Assembly (NCBI GenBank): GCA_964510165.1
Contig: CAZEBC010000031.1
Coordinates: 1-27,414 of the forward strand
Direction: 5' to 3'
DNA: 27,414 nt
Source: an uncultured bacterium
Lineage (GTDB): Bacteria; Abyssobacteria; SURF-5
Part shown: positions 1 to 7,623 of the stretch, in pieces
How positions within the stretch are numbered: the stretch's first letter is position 1
Layout of the letters: the number at the start of each line of letters is the position of its first letter
The notes under the pieces: model-generated
Database searches by the model: none
What the model was told of the DNA's origin: nothing
Seen by the model: only the letters and a program-made list of their open reading frames with translations
Made by a program: the position numbers and the translations under genes

Positions 1-1556
1 TATATCTTTGTCTGGCGGTCTTTCCAGTACGGGGCCTTGATGATTTTCTTGAGGATTTTGCCGGTGTCGGTCTTGGGGAGGTCGTCCACGAAGTCCACGG
101 TACGCGGGACCTTGTAGCCGGCGAGGTGCTCGCGGCAATAGGCGATGAGTTCCTCGGCGGTTGCGGTCTGGCCCTCCTTCAGAACGATGACGGCCTTGAC
201 CGATTCGCCCCATTCATCGTCGGGCACGCCGATGACGGCGGCCTCGAGTATCTTAGGATGCCGGTAAAGCACTGCCTCGATTTCCGCCGGATAGATGTTC
301 TCGCCTCCGCTGATAATCATGTCGAACTTGCGGTCAACGAGGTAATAGAAGCCGTCCTGGTCCATGCGGGCCATGTCGCCGCTGTAGAACCAGCCGTCCT
401 TGAACGATTTCTTTGTGGACTTCTCGTCCTTGTAATACTCGGTCACCTTGCCGAGGATTGCGCCCGGTCGCGGCCTGGAGATGAACTGGCCGACCTCTCC
501 CTGCGGCACCTCGTTGCCCTCGTCGTCCACGAGCTTGATCTCGACGGTCGGAAGCGCCATGCCGACCGAGCCGGGGCGGTTGAGCTGCTCCTCGGGCGGC
601 AGATATGTGACCACGCCCGCCTCGGTGCCGCCGTACACCTCGTGCAGTCCGGCGGTCGGGAAGTTGGCGACTATCCATTGTTTGGTTGAGAACGGAAGCG
701 GCGCGGACGATTGCAGCAGGCTTTTCATCGGCGAGGTGTCGTACTTCTTGAACTCCTCGGGCGGCATGTTTTTCAGGCGGTTGTACATAGTGGGCACCAT
801 CGAGGAGAAACTGCATTTGTACGTTTGGATCAGCCTGAGCGCTTCTTCCGGACGGAAGCGTTCCATCACGACGACCGTCTGGCCCGTATAGTGACTGACG
901 CTCGAGGTGTTGATGGCGTTCATGTGGAACAGCGGCATCGTGAGGAGTTGGATGTCGTCCTCGCTGAGGCGCATCAAGCCCATCAGAGAGAGCACCTTGA
1001 TCTCCCAGTCGCCGTGGGGCGTGACGGCCCCCTTCGGAAAGCCCGTCGTGCCGGATGTGTAGCCGATGAAGAACGGGTCGGACGGCTTGTTTTCGATGCC
1101 GGGCTCGGCGTCGGACGCCTTTGCCAGAATGTCCTCGTAACGAAGCATATCGGACGGTGCGTCCCCGATGCAGACGCAGCGGCTGGCGGGCACGTTCTTC
1201 AGGTCGCCCATGATGGGCCTCAGTTTTTCGAGAAACTCGTCGCCGACAATAACGGCGCAGGCCTCGGAGTTCGTGATGACGTAGCGCATTTCCTCGGGCG
1301 CAAACCGCCAGTTCACGGGCACGAGCGTGACGCCGGCCTTGACGAGGCCGTAGATGATTTCGGAATACTCGGTGCGGTTTCGGAGTATGACGGCCACGCG
1401 GTCTCGCTGCCTGACTCCGAGTGCGCTGATGGCGTTGCCGAGGCGAACCGCCCGGCGGTTGAGTTCTGCAAATGTGGTGGTCTTGTCGTTGAATATGATG
1501 GCCGCCTTGTTGGGGATATCCTCGGCGTGCTTTTTCAGTTTGGCCGCTAGGTCCAT
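1..1556 (-). CDS. Acyl-CoA synthetase / AMP-binding enzyme (long-chain fatty acid-CoA ligase-like), about 518 aa; stop codon truncated by window edge
   Basis: Absent from the ORF track, so parts were translated by hand. ATG at 1556 with GGAGG RBS upstream, N-terminus MDLAAKLKKHAEDIPNKAAIIF. Motifs IGYTSGTTGFPKG, YGGTEAG, FYSGD..DR.FDMIISGGENIYP and KTDTGKILK. The frame ends ...KDRQTKI followed by TA at the window edge. Confidence 0.93.
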   Translation of the reverse strand, partial: MDLAAKLKKHAEDIPNKAAIIFNDKTTTFAELNRRAVRLGNAISALGVRQRDRVAVILRNRTEYSEIIYGLVKAGVTLVPVNWRFAPEEMRYVITNSEACAVIVGDEFLEKLRPIMGDLKNVPASRCVCIGDAPSDMLRYEDILAKASDAEPGIENKPSDPFFIGYTSGTTGFPKGAVTPHGDWEIKVLSLMGLMRLSEDDIQLLTMPLFHMNAINTSSVSHYTGQTVVVMERFRPEEALRLIQTYKCSFSSMVPTMYNRLKNMPPEEFKKYDTSPMKSLLQSSAPLPFSTKQWIVANFPTAGLHEVYGGTEAGVVTYLPPEEQLNRPGSVGMALPTVEIKLVDDEGNEVPQGEVGQFISRPRPGAILGKVTEYYKDEKSTKKSFKDGWFYSGDMARMDQDGFYYLVDRKFDMIISGGENIYPAEIEAVLYRHPKILEAAVIGVPDDEWGESVKAVIVLKEGQTATAEELIAYCREHLAGYKVPRTVDFVDDLPKTDTGKILKKIIKAPYWKDRQTKI

Positions 1557-1586
1557 GGTGTGTTTCCTCCGTTCAAGTTTTCAGCC

Positions 1587-1714
1587 GCAAGGGTGACCCT
1601 GTGTGGCTCGCCACAGGCGTCCACATAGGGGGGCCCCTACAACTGCGGGACTACCTCTCTAGAGGTATTCTCAAATGGATGCGCCATGTGGGCGAACACA
1701 AGGTTCGCCCCTAC
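1587..1714. repeat. Cluster of GTAG-type REP-like palindromes: degenerate inverted pair at 1587-1612/1615-1640 and an intact copy at 1690-1714
   Basis: Reverse complement of 1690-1714 is GTAGGGGCGAACCTTGTGTTCGCCC (stem GGGCGAAC/GTTCGCCC). 1615-1640 also ends in CCCCTAC, and 1587-1612 is its decayed inverted partner. Confidence 0.75.
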
Positions 1715-1782
1715 GTCAGAAAATGTGATTATTCAGCGCCCGCCAAAGTTTCCGGCGAAAGACAGTTTATCAGAAACATCCC

Positions 1783-1812
1783 TTGACAGGCAAACCGGTT
1801 TGAATGGATATT
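1783..1812 (+). promoter_or_regulatory. Candidate sigma70 -35 (TTGACA) followed by perfect 12-bp palindrome CAAACCGGTTTG, a putative repressor operator
   Basis: TTGACA at 1783-1788, palindrome at 1791-1802, weak -10 (GATATT) at 1807-1812. Confidence 0.5.
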
Positions 1813-1861
1813 CGGACGGTTTTGGGGGGGCGCGAAGATGCGCGCGCGAGGCGCGGGCATT

Positions 1862-1890
1862 TTGACATCGATTAGGTCACGGAATAGAAT
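1862..1890 (+). promoter_or_regulatory. Sigma70-type promoter for the GT-C gene
   Basis: TTGACA (1862-1867), 17 bp spacer, TAGAAT (1885-1890). Confidence 0.7.
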
Positions 1891-1936
1891 GTCAGTAGGA
1901 ATAGAGTCAAAAGTGATTGTGCATATTTCATGCCTC

Positions 1937-2011
1937 GATTATTGTGGATTCCCGCTTTCGCGGGAATGACGGATAGCGGGGACTCCGCGAGGTGCGCAAG
2001 AACTTGTGACG
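1937..2011. repeat. Dispersed repeat of about 75 bp, copy 1 (ATTCCCGCTTTCGCGGGAAT hairpin family, MITE/RPE-like)
   Basis: Aligns to 7507-7577: shared GATTATTGTGGATT, CGCTTTCGCGGGAATGACG, AGCGGGGACTC and CGCAAGAACTTGTGACG. Confidence 0.85.
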
Positions 2012-2045
2012 GTGGGTATAAGGTTTCCGCAGAGCGCTTGCAGCA

Positions 2046-3614
2046 ATGTTTTGTTCTGCCAAAGAAGGCTTTTACAAGGTTGGTGACGGTGTCCGAAGGG
2101 AAGACGGAAGGCATCTTTTCTGCCTGCTGTTCCTTTTTCTCGTTGGAGCAGGCATCAGGGTGTATTTTCTATTCGATCCAATGCGTTTCGACGAGACATA
2201 CACCTTCGTTCATTTCGCAGGGAAACCGCTTTTTATCGGGCTTACAGACTATCACAGTTCCAACAACCATCCGCTTCACACGTTGCTGGTGCACGCGTGC
2301 TATCTGCTCCTTGGCAACAAGCCGTGGGTCGTGCGGTTGCCTGCGCTCGCGGCGGGAATACTGATAATGCCGGCAGCCTATGCGGCGATCCGCATGTTTT
2401 ACAATAAAGATGCCGCGCTTATGACCCTCGGGCTTGCGGCGGTCTCCTCCAAACTGGTCGAATATTCGGTGAACGCGCGCGGCTACACCCTTCTCTGTCT
2501 GATGTTTCTGCTTATCCTGACGCTTGCGGGAAATCTCAGGCAAAGCCTCGACTGGCGCGCATGGCTGCTATTCGCCCTGCTTTCGGCGCTGGGCGCTTAC
2601 ACTGCCCCGCTCATGCTTCTTCCGTTCGGTGTGGTTGTAATATGGCTTTTCCTTTCAATAATGTTAGAGAAGGCAGCGCCGCGAGGCCCCTCACAGTGCC
2701 CTCTCCCGGAGGGGGAGGGTGTGTTGCGAGCGGATTTGCTCAAGAGATTAGCGACAGCGATAGTGATCACGGGCTTGTTGACTCTCGGGTTTTATCTTCC
2801 GTTTTTCATCGTCTCAGGGCCGGCCTCCGTGCTTGCGCATGAATTCCTGAAACCTCTCTCGTGGACGGAATTTGCACGAGAGTTCTTGGTTTTTCTGGGA
2901 AGAGTGTGGAGCGAGTGGCATCGCGATTTTCCGGCTGGGCTGGACTATGTGCTGGCAGTCGGAGTCGTCATTTCAACGGCTTTTCATAAGCGACTGGCCC
3001 GCTTTCGCGTTCCCATCGCCCCGGTGGCGATTGCCTGGCCGATAGCGCTGGCAACGGCTCAGCGAGCGCTGCTCAGCCAGGGTGACCGCAGCCGGCTGTG
3101 GTTTTTCATGCTGCCTCTGTATTTTGGGCTGGCATCGGCAGGGATAAGCTACCTTCTGCAATTGATACCTCGACGGATTTATAGGGACATCGCGGTTGCA
3201 ATCGTCTGCATCGTTGTGCCGTTATGGCTGGGCATGCGCACGGTCGGAAGCAGATCGGTGTCCGGCGATTGGGGAACGGTGAAAGACGCCTCGCAGGTGG
3301 CGGCGTTTTTGAAGGATTACCTGAGACCGACCGACGCGGTCGTCGCGGTCCATCGGTCGGCCTCCATATTCGAATACTACCTGTCCGTCCACGGGATTGA
3401 CAAGAGGTTCAACCAGTTCCCGCCCGAAACGTCGCGCATTATCTTAATAACTGATGAATCGAAGGGGGTGCGGACGGAGGATATCCTGGAAGAATCGGGC
3501 GCTTCGCTTGCCGGGAATCTTCGAAGGATTTTCCCGGATTACAGCGAACCCAGGCTGGTGAGGAGGTACGACTCCGCGAGCATATACGAGTTCTACAAGA
3601 TCCATCCGAGGTGA
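2046..3614 (+). CDS. GT-C fold integral membrane glycosyltransferase (ArnT/PMT_2, GT39/GT83-like)
   Basis: 522 aa with many hydrophobic segments. First-loop RFDETYT (DE motif), NNHPLH, VVRLPA, YSVNARGY, and a soluble C-terminal domain. Exact start uncertain. Confidence 0.8.
   Translation: MFCSAKEGFYKVGDGVRREDGRHLFCLLFLFLVGAGIRVYFLFDPMRFDETYTFVHFAGKPLFIGLTDYHSSNNHPLHTLLVHACYLLLGNKPWVVRLPALAAGILIMPAAYAAIRMFYNKDAALMTLGLAAVSSKLVEYSVNARGYTLLCLMFLLILTLAGNLRQSLDWRAWLLFALLSALGAYTAPLMLLPFGVVVIWLFLSIMLEKAAPRGPSQCPLPEGEGVLRADLLKRLATAIVITGLLTLGFYLPFFIVSGPASVLAHEFLKPLSWTEFAREFLVFLGRVWSEWHRDFPAGLDYVLAVGVVISTAFHKRLARFRVPIAPVAIAWPIALATAQRALLSQGDRSRLWFFMLPLYFGLASAGISYLLQLIPRRIYRDIAVAIVCIVVPLWLGMRTVGSRSVSGDWGTVKDASQVAAFLKDYLRPTDAVVAVHRSASIFEYYLSVHGIDKRFNQFPPETSRIILITDESKGVRTEDILEESGASLAGNLRRIFPDYSEPRLVRRYDSASIYEFYKIHPR
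2688..2719. repeat. CCCTCTCCC-N3-GGGAGAGGG family palindromic repeat inside the CDS
   Basis: CCCTCACAGTGCCCTCTCCCGGAGGGGGAGGG is 27/32 identical to the reverse complement of intergenic 12556-12587. Confidence 0.8.
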
Positions 3615-3632
3615 CCAAATTCCGCGCCGTCC

Positions 3633-5138
3633 TCATTTGTGTGCTCGCCTTATTCCCGGCAGGAAGAAACGCCAGACACAGAGCAGGAAGCCAACCATCA
3701 AGAGAATCCTGACGGCAAGATCGATAGCCATTGGCTTTTCAAACCTGAACAGCACGGAGAGCATCATCGTCGCGATGGATAGCCCTGCGAGTTTGGCCAA
3801 CTTGCGGACCTCGTAATCTATCGGATAATACTTCTGAACAAACACGTACATAAGCGCGAGAGCAAGTGAGTATGAGCATAGTGTAGCCGCGGCCGCGCCG
3901 ATTATCCCGAACGCGGGAATCAACAGGAGATTCAACACGAGATTGGCAGCCGCTCCGGCGATGATCGCCACACTGGCGAACGCGGTCTTCTTTGCAATCA
4001 GCAATCCGACGCTCAGCACGAGAAATCCGCCGAACGCGATCATCGCAAGCACGAGAATTGCAATGACGTTCTCGGCATCATAATATTTCGGTTGGGCAAG
4101 AAGCATGAGTATCTGCTTCCCGAAAACGGCAATCGCCGTGCCGACCGCAAGCGAAGCAACGAAGAAGAAGGACACTCCGCGCGAATGCCGTTTCTTCGCG
4201 TCGGCCTCGTGCTGGATGCTCAGGGCGACCGGCGCCCAAGCCATCTGGAATGACATGACGAACATGCCTATGATTGAGCTTATCTTGACGCCTACAGAAT
4301 AGATGCCAACCTGCTCCAGCGTACTCAGTCGAGTGAGAAAGTAGCGGCTCGAGTAATCTATAATCCAGTTTGCCAGAAGAAACGGGATGAGCGGCAGCCC
4401 GATAAGGAGCATCCGCCGCAGAACCCGGGCTGAAAACTCAAGGGAAAAACTGCGCAGGGTCAAGGCCCAGCCAGTCACGGACAGGCAAATGGCTGCCGCC
4501 AACAAGCCAATCAGCACGCCGTTAACTCCCAGCCGTGCCTTTACTACCAGAAAGATGCTGAGCGCGGCATACAGAACGGCAAAACCTACGGAAAGAAGAT
4601 TGAACTTGCCCGGAGCAAAATCAATTCGAAACAATTGCTTTTGAAGATTCATCAAGAGGAAGAACGGCATCGCGGCCGTGACGATACAGATAGACCCGAA
4701 ATGGTCCGGACTGCCAAAGATCATATGGGAGATTCGCGGGGAGAGAATGAAGACCGGAACTGTCAGGATGATTGAGGAGAGCAGTCTAAACAGGATGCTT
4801 GTCGAGACAACATGCTTCCTTTCATCGGGCTGTTGGGTCTCATAGTACAACGTGGCGACCGCCGGCTCGATGGAAAGCGATCCCACGGTGGTAGTCAGCA
4901 TGAAAAACGTCATGATGACATCCCACAGTCCGAATTCGGCAGGCGACAACGCCCGGGTCAGCACTGGAATGAGAATGAGTGCGGCCAACGCTTCGGCGCT
5001 CTTGCCCAGGCCATAGTACATGGTGTCGGAGGAAAGGCGCGCCATGTCCTCAGGGACAACGTCGGCCAGAATCATCGAAAGTCTCGTGGGATTGGGTGTT
5101 TGCCGATTCAGACTCGGGTTTTGGGGGTTCTCGCTCAT
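3633..5138 (-). CDS. Wzx-like oligosaccharide flippase (MOP superfamily)
   Basis: About 14 hydrophobic segments; LIPVLTRALSPAEFG, VGIYSVGVKI and NLLLIPAFGIIGAAAAT are typical of the polysaccharide biosynthesis flippase family. True start may be a downstream Met (MARLSSDTMYYGLG). Confidence 0.85.
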   Translation of the reverse strand: MSENPQNPSLNRQTPNPTRLSMILADVVPEDMARLSSDTMYYGLGKSAEALAALILIPVLTRALSPAEFGLWDVIMTFFMLTTTVGSLSIEPAVATLYYETQQPDERKHVVSTSILFRLLSSIILTVPVFILSPRISHMIFGSPDHFGSICIVTAAMPFFLLMNLQKQLFRIDFAPGKFNLLSVGFAVLYAALSIFLVVKARLGVNGVLIGLLAAAICLSVTGWALTLRSFSLEFSARVLRRMLLIGLPLIPFLLANWIIDYSSRYFLTRLSTLEQVGIYSVGVKISSIIGMFVMSFQMAWAPVALSIQHEADAKKRHSRGVSFFFVASLAVGTAIAVFGKQILMLLAQPKYYDAENVIAILVLAMIAFGGFLVLSVGLLIAKKTAFASVAIIAGAAANLVLNLLLIPAFGIIGAAAATLCSYSLALALMYVFVQKYYPIDYEVRKLAKLAGLSIATMMLSVLFRFEKPMAIDLAVRILLMVGFLLCVWRFFLPGIRRAHK

Positions 5139-5147
5139 TGTCGCAGA

Positions 5148-5217
5148 ATCCTATCGCGAGTCAATCAGCAAAGTCAAGAAGAGGGCTTTGACAAGGCGCA
5201 CCTCAATCAAGTATATT
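5148..5217. promoter_or_regulatory. Back-to-back sigma70-type promoters (flippase and acyl-CoA ligase)
   Basis: + strand TTGACA 5188-5193, 18 bp, TATATT 5212-5217. - strand TTGACT 5177-5172, 18 bp, TAGGAT 5153-5148. Confidence 0.55.
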
Positions 5218-5257
5218 CTGGAAAACGGCACGCAGCTCAAACGCAAGGGGGGAACCA

Positions 5258-6979
5258 TTGGAAGCACGGACCTATCCTGAATTCAGCACTCACTATCCGC
5301 TCCTTCTGACGACCTTCATGAAGCGGCCGGTCAGCATCTACCCGAACGACGTGGGCATCGTGTACCGAAACCCCGACACCGGCCAGTATTATCGGTTCAC
5401 CTGGCTCGATTGGTACAGGCGCACCTGCCGTTTGGCGAACGCGCTTAGGGCGCTCGGCGTGAGGGCAGGCAGCCCCGGCCAACCGGGCGACCGAATCGCC
5501 ACGATGGCGCTCAACCACCATCGCCATCTTGAACTGTATTACGCAGTGCCGTGTACGGGAGCGGTCCTGCATCCGATCAATATCCGTCTTTCGCTCGAGC
5601 ACATCATTTATACCATCACTCATTCCGAGGACCGTATCATCTTCTTCGACGATTCGCTGCTTTCGACCATCGAGCGAATTTACGACCGCATCAAGGGAAC
5701 GGTCCGGAAATTCGTGTATATGTCCGACGCGCCGGGAAGGCCCAATACAAAGATCGAGCCGCTGTATGTATATGAAGACTTGCTTGCCGAGCAGTCGCCC
5801 GAATTCGACTGGCCGTACCTCAACGAGGACACCTTGGCCACCCTGTGTTACACCACCGCCACTACCGGCCTGCCAAAGGGCGTCATGTTCACGCACCGCC
5901 AGCTTTACCTGTTTGCAATGCACGTGATGCTGGTCCGCAGTTGGAACTCCGACCCCGCCAACGCCGGTCTGGGCGAGTCGGCGGTCGCCATGCTGAACAC
6001 GCCGCTGTTTCACATTCATGGGTGGGGGCTGCCGTTCTATTGCGCGTTCGGCTCGCTCAAGATGGTGCTGCCCGGCCGGTTCACCGTCGAGGGTTTTTGC
6101 GAACTCGTGCAGACCGAAAAGGTGACCGCCTCGGGCCTTGTGCCGACCATGCTCGCGATGCTGGTCGAATACAAGGACCTTCCGAAGTACGACCTGAGCA
6201 GCCTGAGGAACGTCAGCATCGGCGGCGCCGCGCTCCCGCTCGGCCTTAAGGCCAAGGCCGAGAAGGTAATCCCGGGCTTCACCGCCGCGTCGGGCTACGG
6301 AATGACAGAGACTGCGCCCACCACCATCACCGCGTTCGTCAAGAAAACTCTGAGAGACCTGCCGAAGGATGCGCTCGATGAAGTGCGCGTCAAGACCGGC
6401 CTGCCCGTGCCGGGGCTGGAGGTGGAGGTTGTAGACGAAGATGGCAAGCCAGTCCCGCGCGACAACACGACCATCGGCGAGATCGTCATTCGCGGCCCAT
6501 GGGTCATGGAGCAGTATTTCAAAGACCCGGAGAAGACCGCCGAAGTGTGGTACGACGGCTGGTTCCACACGCGCGACGTGGCCAAGGTGGATTCCGAAGG
6601 CTATATCACCATCGTGGACCGCGCGACCGACATGATCCGAAGCGGCGCCGAGATGGTGCCCACCGTGCTGCTTGAGAATCTGACCGCCACCGCCGACTTC
6701 GTGCTCGAGGCCGCCTACGTCGGTGTGCCCGACGAAATCTGGGGCGAACGCCCGATGGCCATCATCAAGCTTGTCCCCGGCGCCACTCAGGGCGAGAGGG
6801 AACTGCTCGAGTTCCTGAACGCCGAGGGCGTCGAAAAGGGCAAGATCACCAAGTGGATGCTGCCTGATTTCATAGTCATCACCAACGAAATTCCCAAGAC
6901 CAGCGTCGGCAAATTCGACAAGAAAGCCATCAAGACCAAACTCGACGAATTCCTGTCGCTCGCGACGAGGATTAAGTGA
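5258..6979 (+). CDS. Medium/long-chain fatty acid-CoA ligase (AlkK/DmdB-like subfamily)
   Basis: TTG start behind AAGGGGGGA. Motifs NHHRHLELYYAVP..GAVLHPINIRL, CYTTATTGLPKGV, PLFHIHGWGLP, GYGMTET, KTSVGKFDKK. Confidence 0.9.
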   Translation: MEARTYPEFSTHYPLLLTTFMKRPVSIYPNDVGIVYRNPDTGQYYRFTWLDWYRRTCRLANALRALGVRAGSPGQPGDRIATMALNHHRHLELYYAVPCTGAVLHPINIRLSLEHIIYTITHSEDRIIFFDDSLLSTIERIYDRIKGTVRKFVYMSDAPGRPNTKIEPLYVYEDLLAEQSPEFDWPYLNEDTLATLCYTTATTGLPKGVMFTHRQLYLFAMHVMLVRSWNSDPANAGLGESAVAMLNTPLFHIHGWGLPFYCAFGSLKMVLPGRFTVEGFCELVQTEKVTASGLVPTMLAMLVEYKDLPKYDLSSLRNVSIGGAALPLGLKAKAEKVIPGFTAASGYGMTETAPTTITAFVKKTLRDLPKDALDEVRVKTGLPVPGLEVEVVDEDGKPVPRDNTTIGEIVIRGPWVMEQYFKDPEKTAEVWYDGWFHTRDVAKVDSEGYITIVDRATDMIRSGAEMVPTVLLENLTATADFVLEAAYVGVPDEIWGERPMAIIKLVPGATQGERELLEFLNAEGVEKGKITKWMLPDFIVITNEIPKTSVGKFDKKAIKTKLDEFLSLATRIK

Positions 6980-7040
6980 AGGCGAGCTTATAATGCGGTT
7001 TCAAACCTGATTCCTTCTTCGGCGTCCAGGCATAATACAT

Positions 7041-7400
7041 TTACGCGTCTTTCTTGATGTAATACTCCAGCGCCTTGAGCGCGAAGCGGCTTGAGACCGT
7101 GGCGGGGCCGCCGCCCATCTCGATTCCGACCTCGATCGTCTCCAGAATCTCGCGCTCCGACGCGCCGGCTTGCAGCGCCTCCCGGGTATGCCATTCCATG
7201 CATGACTCGCAGTTGATGACGACCGAGATCCCCAGGGCGATCAATTCCTTATGCTTTTTCGCGAGCTCTCCGCTGGAAAAGGCCTTCTTCTCCAGTTCGA
7301 GAAATGTCCTGTAGACCTGTGAGGTCTTTGAGAGTGTCTGGTGAACCGCTTTTCTGTCTTCGATGATCTTTTCGATTTCCTCTCGGTCCTTGGCATCCAC
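7041..7400 (-). CDS. Carboxymuconolactone decarboxylase / AhpD-like protein
   Basis: 119 aa, GTG start with AGGAGA RBS; KELIALGISVVINCESCMEWH (CxxC..H) and GASEREILE. Confidence 0.9.
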   Translation of the reverse strand: MDAKDREEIEKIIEDRKAVHQTLSKTSQVYRTFLELEKKAFSSGELAKKHKELIALGISVVINCESCMEWHTREALQAGASEREILETIEVGIEMGGGPATVSSRFALKALEYYIKKDA

Positions 7401-7424
7401 GGGATTCTCTCCTTTGCTCTTGAT

Positions 7425-7452
7425 GTAGGGGCACGGCGCGCCGTGCCCCTAC
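7425..7452. repeat. Perfect 28-bp GTAG-type REP-like palindrome
   Basis: GTAGGGGCACGGCGCGCCGTGCCCCTAC equals its own reverse complement. Confidence 0.9.
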
Positions 7453-7506
7453 GACTAATTACTGAATTATACAACTATATGAAGCGTCATTGCTGGTTAT
7501 GTCCGT

Positions 7507-7577
7507 GATTATTGTGGATTTTCGCTTTCGCGGGAATGACGAGCGGGGACTCGGCGGCATCGCAAGAACTTGTGACG
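7507..7577. repeat. Dispersed repeat, copy 2 (71 bp; partner of 1937-2011)
   Basis: Same orientation as copy 1. Differs by 2 substitutions in the hairpin arm, one 3-bp indel and one 8-9 bp divergent block. Confidence 0.85.
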
Positions 7578-7623
7578 TTGAGTGTAGTCACCGAAGCATA
7601 CCGCGCGATGATCCGCAGAGCAT

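Noticed and set aside
126-1550. + strand ORFs of 187 and 279 aa
   Set aside because: Antisense to the acyl-CoA ligase, which the ORF track missed because its stop codon lies at the window edge.
1872-2114. Small ORFs containing VIPAKAGI, RRGTARRAPT (7241-7474) or PLPLGEGRVR (12488-12673)
   Set aside because: These are translations of the palindromic repeats, a common source of spurious hypothetical proteins.
5237-6568. 443-aa - strand ORF, and similar ORFs at 11087-12406, 12802-13686, 14034-14990, 21434-22555, 23406-24614 and 25089-26367
   Set aside because: All lie opposite well-supported genes and lack family motifs.
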